Source: Carpediemonas membranifera BICM
Lineage: Eukaryota > Protista > Fornicata
Assembly: GCA_019828565.1 (NCBI GenBank)
Contig: JAHDYR010000035.1
Span: 1 to 64,000 of the forward strand
DNA length: 64,000 nucleotides
Reading direction: 5' to 3'
In this document: in pieces, positions 42,209 through 54,350 of the stretch
Layout: every line of letters begins with the position of its first letter
Position numbering within the stretch: the first letter of the stretch is position 1
Notes under the pieces: model-generated
What the model was told of the DNA's origin: nothing
Database searches by the model: none
Seen by the model: only the letters and a program-made list of their open reading frames with translations
Translations under genes and position numbers: made by a program

Positions 42209-45200
42209 TGTCATGACGACCTCATTTAATGATCAGTCTTATTTGGTCAATGATCTCAAACCTGCTTCTAAATTTCACTCTCTCAATTGTTTGGGTACCA
42301 CAGTAATTACTGCATGCATTTACCTGAAACAAAACTCAACAACGCCCCGTTCCTGCGAAAGGCCACCACCAAGTCGTGGTATACTTTCCGTCAAGACTAC
42401 GAGCAGTATGCTGCCCGTGAAGCCGATCCGATCGTTGCCTTTGACCTAATCGAAACGCAGGTCCTAGAGGTTCTTAAGATCCGAATCCCTGAACTTGAGG
42501 GGTTCCTTGAGTACGCTAATGAAACGCCGGATGAAGAGCCGGCCGATACCTCTGAACTCAACGAGGCCTTTATCACCATGGTAGACGAGCTGATGCAGCC
42601 TCTGGATGAGGTGGACGCTTTAGATCGCTTTAAGGACTTGTCGTGCGGCTATGAGGGTAACCTCATTGACAACATGGCCGCGTATGCCCTGGCGTATAAG
42701 CGTCAAGTTCGTAACTGTTGTAAGGTTCGGCCCACGGAGAAGCTCATCGTCGATGCCTTTGTTGCTGGCATCAGGTACGGTCGCTTGAAGGAGCGAGTGA
42801 ATGCTAAGAAGGCGAAGACGCTTGACGAGACGATCGCCGAGGCATTCATCCAGGCCACGGAAGCAGAGAAGGCTCGCAGAGAGCACCAGCGTGTGGAGCG
42901 AGAGAGTGCGACCTCCGCAACGATGACTAAGGCTAAGGAGAAGTCCGAAACTGCTTGTGAGTACTGCCAGCGCAAGGGTCACACTGCTGATACGTGTTGG
43001 AAGCGTAAGCGTGACGAGCGTGAGGGAGTAAAGGGGCAGAAGTACGTTCATCTTAATGCTTTGGTCGCGGAGGACCGCGACAACAGACCCATTGGCGAGG
43101 TGGGCATCCTGGGGAGAGTGTTGGCGTTCCTTTATGACACAGGGGCCTCTGCCGACTTTATATCCCAATCCCTCGTCAAAGAGCTCGGCCTAGTCGTCGA
43201 GCCCGACCATGCTAAGGTTAAGCTGGCCACTGGTACGATTTACAACTCACCCGGCATTGTTAAGTTGAGTGCAGATTTTGGAGTGTTGCCATCTACTGGG
43301 CGGAGAACTCAAGCTGCTCTCAATTTGCGGGTGCTACCCGGGCTGAAGCCGACATTAGTTATGGGAATATCGACATTAAGTGCGTTGGGGCTAATCACGA
43401 TCGTCAAGCCGACGATGGAGAATTCTGGAGAGCCACACTTCGCGGAGCTTGATGAAGATGAAGTAGACGAGACGTTATTTACCCTTGCTGAAGCGGAGCA
43501 CGAACTACAGATACGTAGCTTCCCTGAAGAGACTAATACCATCCTAAGCAAGTACAAAGACGTTCTCGGCGACATTTCGCAGCCAGCAGACGTTCCACCC
43601 TTCGAACTGGTTCTTACAAACCAGAAGGTTATCAACATCCCTCCATACCACGTCTCGGCTGAAGAAAGAGAGGATATGCAGCGCCAGACGGCGCAGCTGG
43701 AGGATCTGAATGTGATTGAGGAGTCTACGAGCAACTATAACAATCCTACGGTGCTTGTATGGAAGCGCGATCGCACCCGCAGGCTCTGCTTGGACTTTCG
43801 GCGCCTTAACGACGCGACGGAGGACTTCGATCACGACCTCCCTATCATTGACGATCTGGTAGCAAGACTAGAGGGTAAGACCCTCTTCGCTAAGCTGGAC
43901 CTAAGCAAGGCCTTTCACCAGATTCCTATGACCAAGAGCTCACGCAGACTAACGGCGTTTACAGTTGGGAAGCGTAAGTACCAGTACAAGCGTTTAGCTT
44001 TCGGACTCAAAGGGGCCGCAGCCTTCTGTCAGAAGACCCTCGAATCCGTACTGGGCGATGCACTGTGGACACGGTGTCTCGCATATGTAGACGACATAGT
44101 AATATTCGGAGAGAACCAGAGAGAGTACCTCGACAATCTGGACTATGTCTTGAGAAAGCTCAACTCGGCCAAGTTGAAGCTGAATCTGTCCAAGTCTGAG
44201 TTCGGACTGACAGAAATAGAATACTTGGGCTGGCTTGTGAATGGCGACGGCAAGCGAATCGCGCCTGACCGCCTAGAAGGCATCGACCGCCTAACCAGCC
44301 CGAGAGATGTTGCCGGAGTCAGAACCTTACTCGGGTTCACGAACTATTTTAGCCATATGATTCCGAACTACGGCAATATGATGGAGCCAGTCCTGGCTCT
44401 GACGAGAGCCAAGGAAGAGTTCCGTTGGGAGAAGGCCCAACAAGATGCCCTAGTCGACATCAAAGCGACCCTATCTCAGAACAACATGTTAAGTCACCCC
44501 AAGCGTGGCTGCCAATTAATCCTACAAACCGACGCGAGTGACTACGCTGTCGGGGCAGTTTTGTTACAGATCGAAGACGGGGAGGAGCGTCCGATTGCTT
44601 TCTATTCCAAGACACTATCGGATGTTCAAAGAAGGTGGAGCACCTATGAAAAGGAAGGCTTCGGCATTTATTACGCTATGATCAAGGCCGAGCGGTTCCT
44701 AGTAGGCAGGCCGTTTACTGTGAGAACGGACCACCGGAATTTGCTGTATATCGCGACAAGCACGAACGCTAAGGTAACTAGATGGCGCATGGCACTGGAA
44801 AGGTTCGACTATTCCGTCGTACACGTGCCTGGTCAAGCGAACGGTGCTGCCGACGCGCTATCTCGCCTATGCGGTGCAACAGTCGAGGCAGATGATCACG
44901 CCACGTGGATCTCCGAGGTTCACGGAGGCATACACGGCCATCTCGGAGCGAGAGCGACGGTGAACAAGCTTATATCGCTCGGTAGGAGGTGGAGGGGCAT
45001 GTATAAGGACGCAGAGGAGTTTGTCCAGTCGTGTCCTGTGTGCCAGGTCACGCGCAAGACGGCCAAGCCCGTCCAACACTTGCGCCACCGTACGGCAGGT
45101 CGCCTGCCGTTTGATGTCGTGCAGGTAGACACGATCGGACCCATCGCGGAGAGCGAGGGTCTGCGGTACGTGTGCGTGTTAATTGACACGTACTCGAAGC

Positions 45201-46552
45201 TAACTATGCTGGTCCCCACGCGTTCGACGGACGCAGATGCCGCGGCAGGGGCAATTTTGGCCTGGGTGGGTCACTACGGAATTCCCCGGGTGATTCACAG
45301 CGACGGGGGCAGCCAGTATAGAAATAAGCTGATTGACGCTCTAATGGAAAGGCTCGGGTCGCAACATCACGTCGGCACGCCTTACCGCCCGGGTTCTCAA
45401 GGAATAGTTGAGAGGGTCAACGCCGAGGTTAAGAGGCATCTAGAGACGCTAATGCTCGATCTGCAGGAGTTTAGATGGACGCGGCTACTACCTTTGGCTC
45501 AGTACATCATTAATTCAACATCTGTGGCCAGGACAGGCCTATCGCCACTGAATTTGCTTTATAACCAAGACGTGGTCGTAAGACCAGAAGAGATCATGAG
45601 CAATGAGAGCAAGATGCCATTTGAGGCCTTCAAGCGCAGCCTGGAACTACAGAGAGTCATCCAAGACCAGGCGCTGCAACAACAAACACCATCAGAAGCA
45701 TCACACGTGGCCCTATCGAACAAGCCAGTGCTGGTAACGACCACTGTCGGCCGCCGCACGAAGCTGGCTGGGCCAATGTGGTGCCAGGGACCCGCAGAGT
45801 CGCCGAACGTTTACTACGTGGAGAACCTGACGACAGGCGTAGTGGCTAAGGTCCATGCCGAGCGTCTAAGACATTTTGAGTCTGACGCGACAAGGGCTGA
45901 GTTGACACGGCTCGCGGCCCAGAGAGTTGACGAATATGTCGTAGAAGCGATCGACTCTCACAAATTTGAGGACGGCGTCCTTCACCTACATGTGCTGTGG
46001 GAGGGGTACCTCGAGGAAGAGGCGACATGGGAACGCTTCAACGCCGACCTTGATGAACTTAGGGCGTTTGAGGAGTACCTCGCAGACAAACCGAGTTTGC
46101 GCAGAAAACTCCGAGGTCAAAGGAAATTAGCTTCCTATAGGCAGCGCTAATAACCAACGGCTCATCAAAAGCCATTTTGGGGTTTTGCCCAGTTGGTGAC
46201 CGCAGCCTAGGGGGGGAAGAGCAGAACGTTGGAATCTAGTTACTGATATTGGTTATTTCTTATGTTCTACACCATTCTGTGCGCTATTTGTTCGTTTAGA
46301 ACAGCGTTCTTCAGACTATTGTGCTCAATTGCGTTTTTGACTTCACTGGAGTCGGTCTGGCGGGTTTTGCATTTCGCCGGACTTGAACCGTTAGAATTTT
46401 TGCTGACGGTTGGGAGGCACGTTTGAGCTTGTGGACGGTTTGGGATCATGGGGGGAAGTGTCATGACGACCTCATTTAATGATCAGTCTTATTTGGTCAA
46501 TGATCTCAAACCTGCTTCTAAATTTCACTCTCTCAATTGTTTGGGTACCACA
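42209..46552 (+). mobile_element. Intact Gypsy chromovirus-like element C (identical 94-bp LTRs, 5-bp TSD GAACG)
   Basis: LTRs at 42209-42302 and 46459-46552; PPT at 46450-46458; TSD at 42204-42208 and 46553-46557. Confidence 0.97.
42314..46150 (+). CDS. Element C single Gag-Pol polyprotein (CCHC, PR, RT, RH, INT, chromodomain)
   Basis: CEYCQRKGHTADTC, YDTGA, YVDD, TDAS, DTIGP/SDGG/VER, EYVVEAID..VLWEGY..ATWE. Confidence 0.96.
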   Translation: MHLPETKLNNAPFLRKATTKSWYTFRQDYEQYAAREADPIVAFDLIETQVLEVLKIRIPELEGFLEYANETPDEEPADTSELNEAFITMVDELMQPLDEVDALDRFKDLSCGYEGNLIDNMAAYALAYKRQVRNCCKVRPTEKLIVDAFVAGIRYGRLKERVNAKKAKTLDETIAEAFIQATEAEKARREHQRVERESATSATMTKAKEKSETACEYCQRKGHTADTCWKRKRDEREGVKGQKYVHLNALVAEDRDNRPIGEVGILGRVLAFLYDTGASADFISQSLVKELGLVVEPDHAKVKLATGTIYNSPGIVKLSADFGVLPSTGRRTQAALNLRVLPGLKPTLVMGISTLSALGLITIVKPTMENSGEPHFAELDEDEVDETLFTLAEAEHELQIRSFPEETNTILSKYKDVLGDISQPADVPPFELVLTNQKVINIPPYHVSAEEREDMQRQTAQLEDLNVIEESTSNYNNPTVLVWKRDRTRRLCLDFRRLNDATEDFDHDLPIIDDLVARLEGKTLFAKLDLSKAFHQIPMTKSSRRLTAFTVGKRKYQYKRLAFGLKGAAAFCQKTLESVLGDALWTRCLAYVDDIVIFGENQREYLDNLDYVLRKLNSAKLKLNLSKSEFGLTEIEYLGWLVNGDGKRIAPDRLEGIDRLTSPRDVAGVRTLLGFTNYFSHMIPNYGNMMEPVLALTRAKEEFRWEKAQQDALVDIKATLSQNNMLSHPKRGCQLILQTDASDYAVGAVLLQIEDGEERPIAFYSKTLSDVQRRWSTYEKEGFGIYYAMIKAERFLVGRPFTVRTDHRNLLYIATSTNAKVTRWRMALERFDYSVVHVPGQANGAADALSRLCGATVEADDHATWISEVHGGIHGHLGARATVNKLISLGRRWRGMYKDAEEFVQSCPVCQVTRKTAKPVQHLRHRTAGRLPFDVVQVDTIGPIAESEGLRYVCVLIDTYSKLTMLVPTRSTDADAAAGAILAWVGHYGIPRVIHSDGGSQYRNKLIDALMERLGSQHHVGTPYRPGSQGIVERVNAEVKRHLETLMLDLQEFRWTRLLPLAQYIINSTSVARTGLSPLNLLYNQDVVVRPEEIMSNESKMPFEAFKRSLELQRVIQDQALQQQTPSEASHVALSNKPVLVTTTVGRRTKLAGPMWCQGPAESPNVYYVENLTTGVVAKVHAERLRHFESDATRAELTRLAAQRVDEYVVEAIDSHKFEDGVLHLHVLWEGYLEEEATWERFNADLDELRAFEEYLADKPSLRRKLRGQRKLASYRQR

Positions 46553-47267
46553 GAACGTACGAGAGCCACCAAGTACGATCGAAACAGTCTACTCTATTGG
46601 CGGTAGAGTAGGCTATGTCTGCCCTTCAGGCCTTGATCTATGATCTTAGCCAGTATTATGTAAAGATATGGTTGATACTATTATTCGAATCTGTATCTAT
46701 AAAAATCTTGTGGTACCACTGTATAAACGCGCGCGCTAAGTTAGGTATAGGGTATCTTACATGTCCCTGCCCCTCCACGGCCGGAATACGGCCGTGATTG
46801 TGGCGGTTTGGTTCGGCTGTGCATTTTATGGCACAATGAACCGCGGTTTCGAAAGTTTCACTATACGCGGTATGCAAAGCGCTAGCCAGCGTATAGTTGT
46901 CAAAAATGGGGGTTTCAGCCCTCAACGACGCTTCGTTGGCGAGTTCTCGACGTTTTTTTCTTTTCGGTGCCGAATGAAGGTGCTGCTCTGCGCTACGTGT
47001 GTCCTTCATGAATAACAACATCAATACTTAGTAAAAGCCTTCGTTGCTGCACTGTTTGTGGGATATTGAGGAGTATCTTCACGATTCTCCTCAAGGCTTC
47101 ATGAGCGTCATCGAATCGACCTCCTGCGCCCAGGCTCCGGTCATGATCATGGCTGCTATGGTCTGCGGGTTAGTCAGCTAGGTTGCAGTAGTTCCCATAA
47201 AGTACGATAATTACGTCAATGCATGTAAATGCTGCTTTGAAGGATTTCAAAGCAGCCGTTTGAGGAT

Positions 47268-48507
47268 ATGGAGAATTATACCGCCGCAATGAAGGCTATA
47301 ATCGAGGAACTAAGCGATGAAGATGACATTGCCGCCCTCAAACGCGTCTTCCGCCACGTTATTCGCAAGCGTGCTCGTCGACGCGTTGGATCTACCGCCA
47401 ACTCCGACAACACGACTAATCAGTCCTCCATTGATGCTTCAACAACCGCTACGGGCTCAACAGTCAACGATCAGGAGCGCCAGCTCGATTCCAGCGTGGT
47501 TCCGGCAACCGTCGTCGGCGATTCGCGTCCGTCTCGCCGTGCTAGAGGCAAGCGCCGTATCGGCGTCCGTGATCGAGTTCTCCCGCCGGCAGTCACGGGC
47601 GCGGACGTGGTGTTCGAGCCTCCCCGCATTGATCGCGCCACACGGCTGCGGGGTGAGCTCGATCACGTCATCTCGACGGTCACGGCGACGTTATCGACAT
47701 TCTCATCGCATCTAGAGCTGTCAGTGCAGCCGTTCCTCGATGTGTTGATGAGCGGTGCGCTTAACCAGGCATCGCTGACCTCCGTTCAGCGCCTCGACGG
47801 TGGCGTCATCGCTCTGTCTGGGGCAGTCGATGACTACTATCTGCTTGTCGGCTTCCGCAAGTACTTCGATCTTGGCTCCGGTGTCAGCGACCGGGAGATC
47901 ATGAACCAGGTATTCAACGGTCGCCGTGCCGGCGATATCCGCCGGGAGGTCCTGGATGAGGCGGCACGCCTTCTTGCCGTTGGGGTCGACACGGCACGTA
48001 GCCACGTCCGCCGGCTCTATCTTCTTACGCATCATGTTCCGTATTATGCAGTGCTACAGCACGCGATCTGGAGCCGGGTGCTGCAGGGCCGGCAGTGCCT
48101 GTATCGATTTGCCAATGACTGCTACGCCCTTGCCTGCGCCGAGGAGCTGCCGACCCTCAGCCTCCCCCCGGTAGGTACCCCGGTTTCTTCGTCTTACACA
48201 GGATATGACCCGCTTTCAGGTCTACGAGCGCGACCGGTATTATCGCGTGCTGGCTGTGCGTGGTCACTGGTGGCTGTTCGTTGAGCAGGCCTACCGTGGT
48301 CGCGCTGGCTCCTTCTTGCTCCTTGTCGCCTACGACGGGTTCCCTGAAGCAAGTCTGACGCCGGTTAACGCAGACCTTGTCCGCATGGCTGTGGTCAACC
48401 AGTACCTCAGGGCTCATTCCGAGCTCTGGGACGTTCTGCCTGAGTCCCTGCAGGTAGAGTTGGAAGAAGTGGTGACCAGTGACGAGGAGTCTGCCGGTGA
48501 CGAGTAA
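47268..48507 (+). CDS. Element D antisense accessory protein with C-terminal chromodomain-like region (1-bp frameshift near 48214)
   Basis: Homologous to 53472-54308; removing one T gives YDPLQVYERDRYY, matching WEPLQVSDPDRYY. Confidence 0.8.
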
Positions 48508-48569
48508 ATGTTCTGATGATCTTGGTTAGCGCCTTGATAGTCCGTTATTTACACGGCTATGTACAAGGG

Positions 48570-51500
48570 CTATCCGTCTGTATTGTTCGCCAGGAAGATG
48601 TCGAGAGCTGCGCAGTCCTTAACGTTCTTATATGGTTCCCACGTGGATTCTTCGTCCTCAAATCCGGCCCAGTGCACGAGGTACTTCTTCTGCGACATGG
48701 TACCTGACCCGCGTGCTGCTGAAATGCGGTCGACCAACCACTCGTCCCTGCTAGTTGCAGCGAGTTGCTGGATCTGGTCGTCAGTTAGTGTACCGGGGTT
48801 GAACCTTCGCACTCGTGCGGCATCGACCTTGATGGTCTTACCATTCGTGGGTGACTCTGCCATGTCTTGGACTTCATATGCCACGGTGACGCCTGATTGC
48901 TTGATGCTCTTAACGCGCCTCATCGGGCCTCTCCACCCTGGTGATAGTTTGTCAGGTGGGCGAGAGGGGTACTTGACCAAGACGTAACGACTCAGGATCT
49001 CCGTACGCGACGAGACGGCCTTCGACCACGCGTCCTCCTTCATCGCTTGGATGCGAGCCTTCGCCAGCTGAATTGCCGCGTCGGCGGCTGCCCGGTGTGA
49101 CTGCTTGGCGCTCGCTGACGCTTGCTTGGTAACGTATATTGAGCTGGGCACGGTGAGGTTATATCCCAGGACGATCTCAGCCGGTGATAGGCGGGTTGGG
49201 ACTCGCGGCGTGGCGTTGATGATAAAGCTCGCGACAGGCAGGTGATGTATCCAGTTAGAGTCTCTTAGGTGGAACTTGCGTGCCTTCAAGATGCGTAAAA
49301 CCTCCTTGTTGGCTCGCTCCACCATCCCGTTTGACTGTGGATGGTGGGCCGTAGTGATGTGCGTATCAAAGCCCAACTCCTTGGACAACCGTTGGAATAG
49401 CTTGTTGTTAAACTCCGGCCCTCCATCGGACTGTAACACCTCTGGGCACCCGAAGCGCAGTACCCAGTTGTTGACGAATGCGTCAGCTGCTGCTTCGGCT
49501 GTGGTCCCGGAGACGGCAACCAGCTCGGTCCACCGTGAGCACATGTCGACCATGACCGTAATGTGCGTCATACCGTCCCGCGTTGGGAATGGCCCCATAG
49601 TGTCGATCGCTACGCGTTTGAACGGGGTCTCTACAGCCGTATGTAACCCGGCCACAGTCTGCTCGGGTGGTCGTTCTAGCACTTGGCACGTGGGGCAATG
49701 AGAGATGAACTCGTCCACAGCTGAGCGGGATACGCTCAACCCGTCGGCTCTCAGTCTGTCGATTGTCTGTCTTCTCGAGAAATGAGCGCCTGCCATCTCG
49801 TGTGCCTTCTTAATCTGATCAGTGGTCGCCTGGGAGCGTACGGTGAAAACTCTCGATAGTCCGTCGGCTCCGGCGTTGTCTAAACCTGCAACGTGCTCAA
49901 TACCGAAGTCTAAGTCGGACAGGGTGTCAGCCCATCGCTTGACCTTGGCGTTAACGCTCCGGAACATGAACAGGAGGTTCCTGTGGTCGGTCAGGATTGT
50001 GAAATGGCCCCAACTGAGGAACTTGCGCCAGCGTTGCACGGCAGCTATAATGGCGTACGCCTCCTTCTCACTGGTAGACCATCTCGACTGCACCTCATTA
50101 AAGGCCTTACTCATATAGCATACTGGCCTACCCTCTTGGAGGAGTACTGCACCGTAGCCGAGCCCTGAGGCATCAGTCATAATAGTGTGCTCCTTAGTCG
50201 CGTCGAAGATGGCGAGTGCGTCCGCCGATGTGAGAGCATCCTTGATCTTCTTCAGCGCTGCGTCCTGTTCAGGCTGGCCGATAGGCCTGCACCCGGCCAT
50301 TGCCTCAGTCAAGGGGAGGGCGATCTCGGCGAAACGGTCCACGTGATCTCTGAAATAGTTCAGAAAGCCTACTAAGCCCTGCATCCCACGGACGCTCTTG
50401 GGCAACTGGAGCTCTGCAATGTCGGCTACCCGGTCGGGGGCGATGTGTTTCTGCCCCTCGGAGATTACCCAACCTAGGAACTCGACCTCGGCACGGCCAA
50501 ACTGGCATTTCTCCCTATTGAGCTGTAACTTTGTCTCGCGTGCGCGAAGGAGGACCTTGCGGAGATTCTGGAGATATTCCTCTTCGCTTGCCCCGAAGAT
50601 GATGATGTCGTCAATGTATATATAACAGGCTGTGCCGACCAGCCCCCGGAAGGCGGACTCCATAGCCCGCTGGAAATGGGCTCCAGCATTGCGTAGCCCA
50701 AAGGGCATCCGGCAGTACTCGTACTGCCCCAGAGCCGTAGTAAATGCGGTGTACTGGCGGCAGCGCTCGGTCAGCTCGACTTGGTGGTAACCGGCGGAGA
50801 GGTCGAGGGTTGCGAAGACCTTCTTCCCCGCTAGCTGGGGAGATAACCTCGTCAATACGAGGTATGGGGGTAGTTGAAAGGTTCGGTGATGTCGTTAATT
50901 TGTCTGAAGTCAACTACGAATCGGGACTTACCCCCTTTCTTGGGTACTGTCATCGCGGGCGAAGCGTAAGGCGATTGACAGGCACGGATAAATCTCTTCG
51001 CCAGGAGAGCGTCAATGTGCTCCTTGACGACGGCTACCTTCGCCGGGGGGATGTAGTATGGTCGCGCGTTCACGACCCTGTCACTCTTCAGGATCAAGTC
51101 GTACGGTTCGAGCTTGCTTGGCTCGTTGCGATCTTCGAACACTGCGCTGAACTCCTTGAGAATCTTGGCCTGTGTATCGCTCGTAGTGGGGTTCAACTGG
51201 TAGACGGCAGCGTCGAACTTGGCGGGCGACGGAATGTCCAGCTCGTCGCTACCCTCCTTGTTCCACTCAGCCTGAGGGAGTATACCCAACTCAACCATAT
51301 GGGGGTACCCTAGGATCAGGTCGAAGTCGGTGTCGAGTAGAAGTAGCTCGGCGTTAAATGTACAAGTGCGCGGGGTGAACGATGATGGTTGCAGCTTAAT
51401 CGTAGCGTTGACTCGACCCTGTGACTGTTTCTCGCCGCCTGCTGTTGCGACACGCTCCTGCGTGGTGGAGATGACCTCGAGCTTGGCTGCGTGGCGAGGG

Positions 51501-52503
51501 TGGATGCTTGACACGTTAGCTCCCGAGTCTAATAACGCTGTCAGCTTCTGCTTGCCTACTGAAACCGGAACGAGTGGTAGGTTGATCTTGGACTTGGACT
51601 GATCTGCACTGATAGAGAGAGAATATTGCGGAGATTTATCCCGACAATATCTCTCCAGGTGACCAGTCTTCTTGCAGATCGAGCACGTGTGCTTCGGCTT
51701 GGGGCACTTGTGCCATGCGTGCTTGCCGCCGCAGTTCCAGCAGGTGTAGTCGCGCTTCTTGTCAGTGCTACTGGGATGGGGCTTACGCTCTGACTTATCC
51801 CGGTTCAGCGTCTTGTTGCTTCCCTCCTCAGACGGCAGCGGCTGGCGATAAGGATGGCCGTTGCGGCCTGCTCTCTTCTGTTACCGCTAGGATGGCCGCC
51901 TGTCGGGTGAATGCTCTTGGGGTGCTTCTGTCCGTCTCCCAGGTACGCTTCTCTCAGCTCTTCGCCGTCCCGCAGCTCGGTGCTAATGGCGAGTACCTGA
52001 GGCATGGCATCACTCAGAGTGGAATCTTCGATCAACTCTTGAATGCGGTACATAGTTCTGCCTGTTCCCTGCTTGAAGCAGCGGGCGTACGTCTTACACA
52101 GTGTCTCCTGTGATGACTCGGGTTGCAGAATAGCCAGCAATGTCTGAAAGCGCTTGTTGATGCGTACCACCTCGCTAGGCGTGAAGGATGTGGCGTTCAA
52201 GCGGAAGTATTCAAGCCTTGCTACTTCGTGGCGTGGTCTAAAGGCCTTGCCGAGACGCTTGACACAAGCGATGTCTTGTTCGCGCCGGCGTGTAGTCTTG
52301 GTCTTGATGAGTGCCACGGGAGGGTCGTTGTCGTCCGTGCCGAGTACTCCGTCAACGTAGTCACGGACGCAGCTGTCTATTAGGCGGTCTGAGCGCTGTT
52401 TTCCGCCGAGTGCTCGATAATCTTGGAGCGCTTCCACGAACGTGACTAATTCAGCCACGGACGTGCCCTTTAGTATCGGCGCTTTGGCCTTCCCGTATAC
52501 CAT
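48570..52503 (-). CDS. Element D Gag-Pol with chromodomain (frameshifted)
   Basis: Gag, Zn knuckles, LLDSGA, YIDD, TDAS, integrase, YLVHWAGFEDEESTWEP. Confidence 0.92.
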
Positions 52504-53471
52504 GTTGGTGGGATTAGTACTAATGTAGCCTTATGGCTAGGGAAAGATTGTTTTAATATAAGAAAACCCATGATGTGGTGAATATGGTCAATACTATATA
52601 AATCTATGAAATGGTAATCCTATGTAACATTGGGTAAGACCCACTGCAACGTCAGCATTTCACCAAAGGCCTGGACGGTGCCACCCGACCGCCAACGGTG
52701 ACTCATAGGGCTGGCAACCCCATGGCCTGAGTGCTTTCGCATCTAGCTGAACGAAATCAAAATGATGGTATCATGATCTAACTGCGGTACCGCTATGTGA
52801 GCTCTGTTTCAAAAATGGTGAAACGTGACGGAGAGGCTTACCACTGCCCCTCCACGGCCTTCCTAGGCCGTCTTCACAAACCTTATACGTGTTATATGCC
52901 ATTCCATGTAATTCGAAGGCCAAGAACGATTGCTCTAGCAAACACTGCCAATGCTGAGCCCTTATCGCTCATAATCACACAGACGCCGAAAAACGTACTT
53001 AGAAGCTCCAATTCGGCTCCGTTGAGGAGTTCTGAGGCTTCTAATTTTCTGCGTCCAACTGTACTTGAATAACAACATCAAACTGACCGGAAGGAGCACT
53101 AGGAAGCTCCTAATGCCTTATTACCGACAATAAATGCATGCTTGAAGACTAAGATGACCTTGTTAGTTGTTCCTTCGACCGTTTCCGAGAAAAGTGCAGG
53201 ATATGTCGCCGTCAACTCATTTGATGTCGGACAACACAGCCGTAGAGGCCGTTCTGAAGGAAATTCGTGCCAAAAATCACCGAACTTGGTGATGAAGATC
53301 TGGCTAGGCCACTTATTGTTGCCCATACGTCCGTTTGTCGTTCCCTTCGCGCTCAGAAGTATCGTGGACGCAAGCGCATGGTCACCGACAATCTGTAAGT
53401 AACAAACATCAACCGTGAGGTTATATAGTCACCGCGTGCAAGCCTCAGAACGCATCACTCGCACCCTGACG

Positions 53472-54308
53472 ATGACGACTCTGATGCCCCACGACATCAA
53501 GGCCGAGGTTGCCCGACGCCTGGAAGGTTACACCAACTCCATCGAGCTGCCGCTCCAGCGAATCTTTGACGCTATTGAGCAAGGTCGTCTGAACGACGCA
53601 GCCGTAGTGCAGGACGTGAAGCTGACCCAGCAGGTCTTGGCTCTCGTGGCTCACTGCCAGGTCGCGCTTGCCGGTGTGAGGGCCCACCTCAAGCTCGGCA
53701 GGAAGCGCTTGACCGATGGCGACATCGTGTCGGCCGCGATCCGGGGCCGCGACATCACGCTGGGTGGGTCTTCACCCGGTAATGGTCACTACTCTGCAGC
53801 TCTCGTGGCGGCTGTGCGGACTGCCGGCGGGGTCAAGTCAGACACTACAGCGCGCGGATATCTTAACCGCCTGTTGGTCCTCGTCCTCGCACCGGACTAC
53901 TTCCGTGTCGCTGTCTACGGCATCAGCCGGCGCATCCCGGCTCCCAACGACTTCTGGGCAACCCTGGTCAGCCGCTTGTGCCACGACGGCTACCTGCCCG
54001 CCATTGGCGATGAGGCTCACTGGGAGCCGCTTCAGGTCTCTGATCCGGACCGCTACTACACTGTCACGTGCGTAGTCCGTCACGAGTATCTGAAGACGAC
54101 TTGTGGTCCCGGGTCTTTTGTGTTGATCCTGCAGTATGACGGATACTCGGGACTCAGCATCGTGTCCCTCAACGCTGATCTCTGCCTTGTCCGGTGTGTG
54201 CGAGAGTACTTGGCTGAGAACGCCCTTGAGCGCCACGCTGACCCGACTTGGTTGGTCGAGCTGACGGACACGGAGGAGACGGAAGACGAGGAATCTAGCT
54301 CTGAATAA
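53472..54308 (+). CDS. Element E antisense accessory protein with C-terminal chromodomain-like region
   Basis: Intact 278-aa ORF convergent on pol; YYTVTCVVRH..LILQYDGY....LNADL....VREYL followed by an acidic tail. Confidence 0.82.
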   Translation: MTTLMPHDIKAEVARRLEGYTNSIELPLQRIFDAIEQGRLNDAAVVQDVKLTQQVLALVAHCQVALAGVRAHLKLGRKRLTDGDIVSAAIRGRDITLGGSSPGNGHYSAALVAAVRTAGGVKSDTTARGYLNRLLVLVLAPDYFRVAVYGISRRIPAPNDFWATLVSRLCHDGYLPAIGDEAHWEPLQVSDPDRYYTVTCVVRHEYLKTTCGPGSFVLILQYDGYSGLSIVSLNADLCLVRCVREYLAENALERHADPTWLVELTDTEETEDEESSSE

Positions 54309-54350
54309 ATCGTTTGTTCCTCGAGGATACAGCTTCGATGTTGAGAAGTT

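Larger units (their letters stand above)
41986..52648 (-). mobile_element. Gypsy element D (identical 125-bp LTRs, 4-bp TSD ACGT), hosts C
   Basis: LTRs at 41986-42110 and 52524-52648; PPT at 42111-42120; TSD at 41982-41985 and 52649-52652. Confidence 0.95.

Noticed and set aside
46659-46761. Solo LTR (TGTAAAGATA..TATCTTACA) near the inner PPT of D
   Set aside because: No TSD, no second copy in the window and a 5-bp offset from the PPT; cannot be supported.
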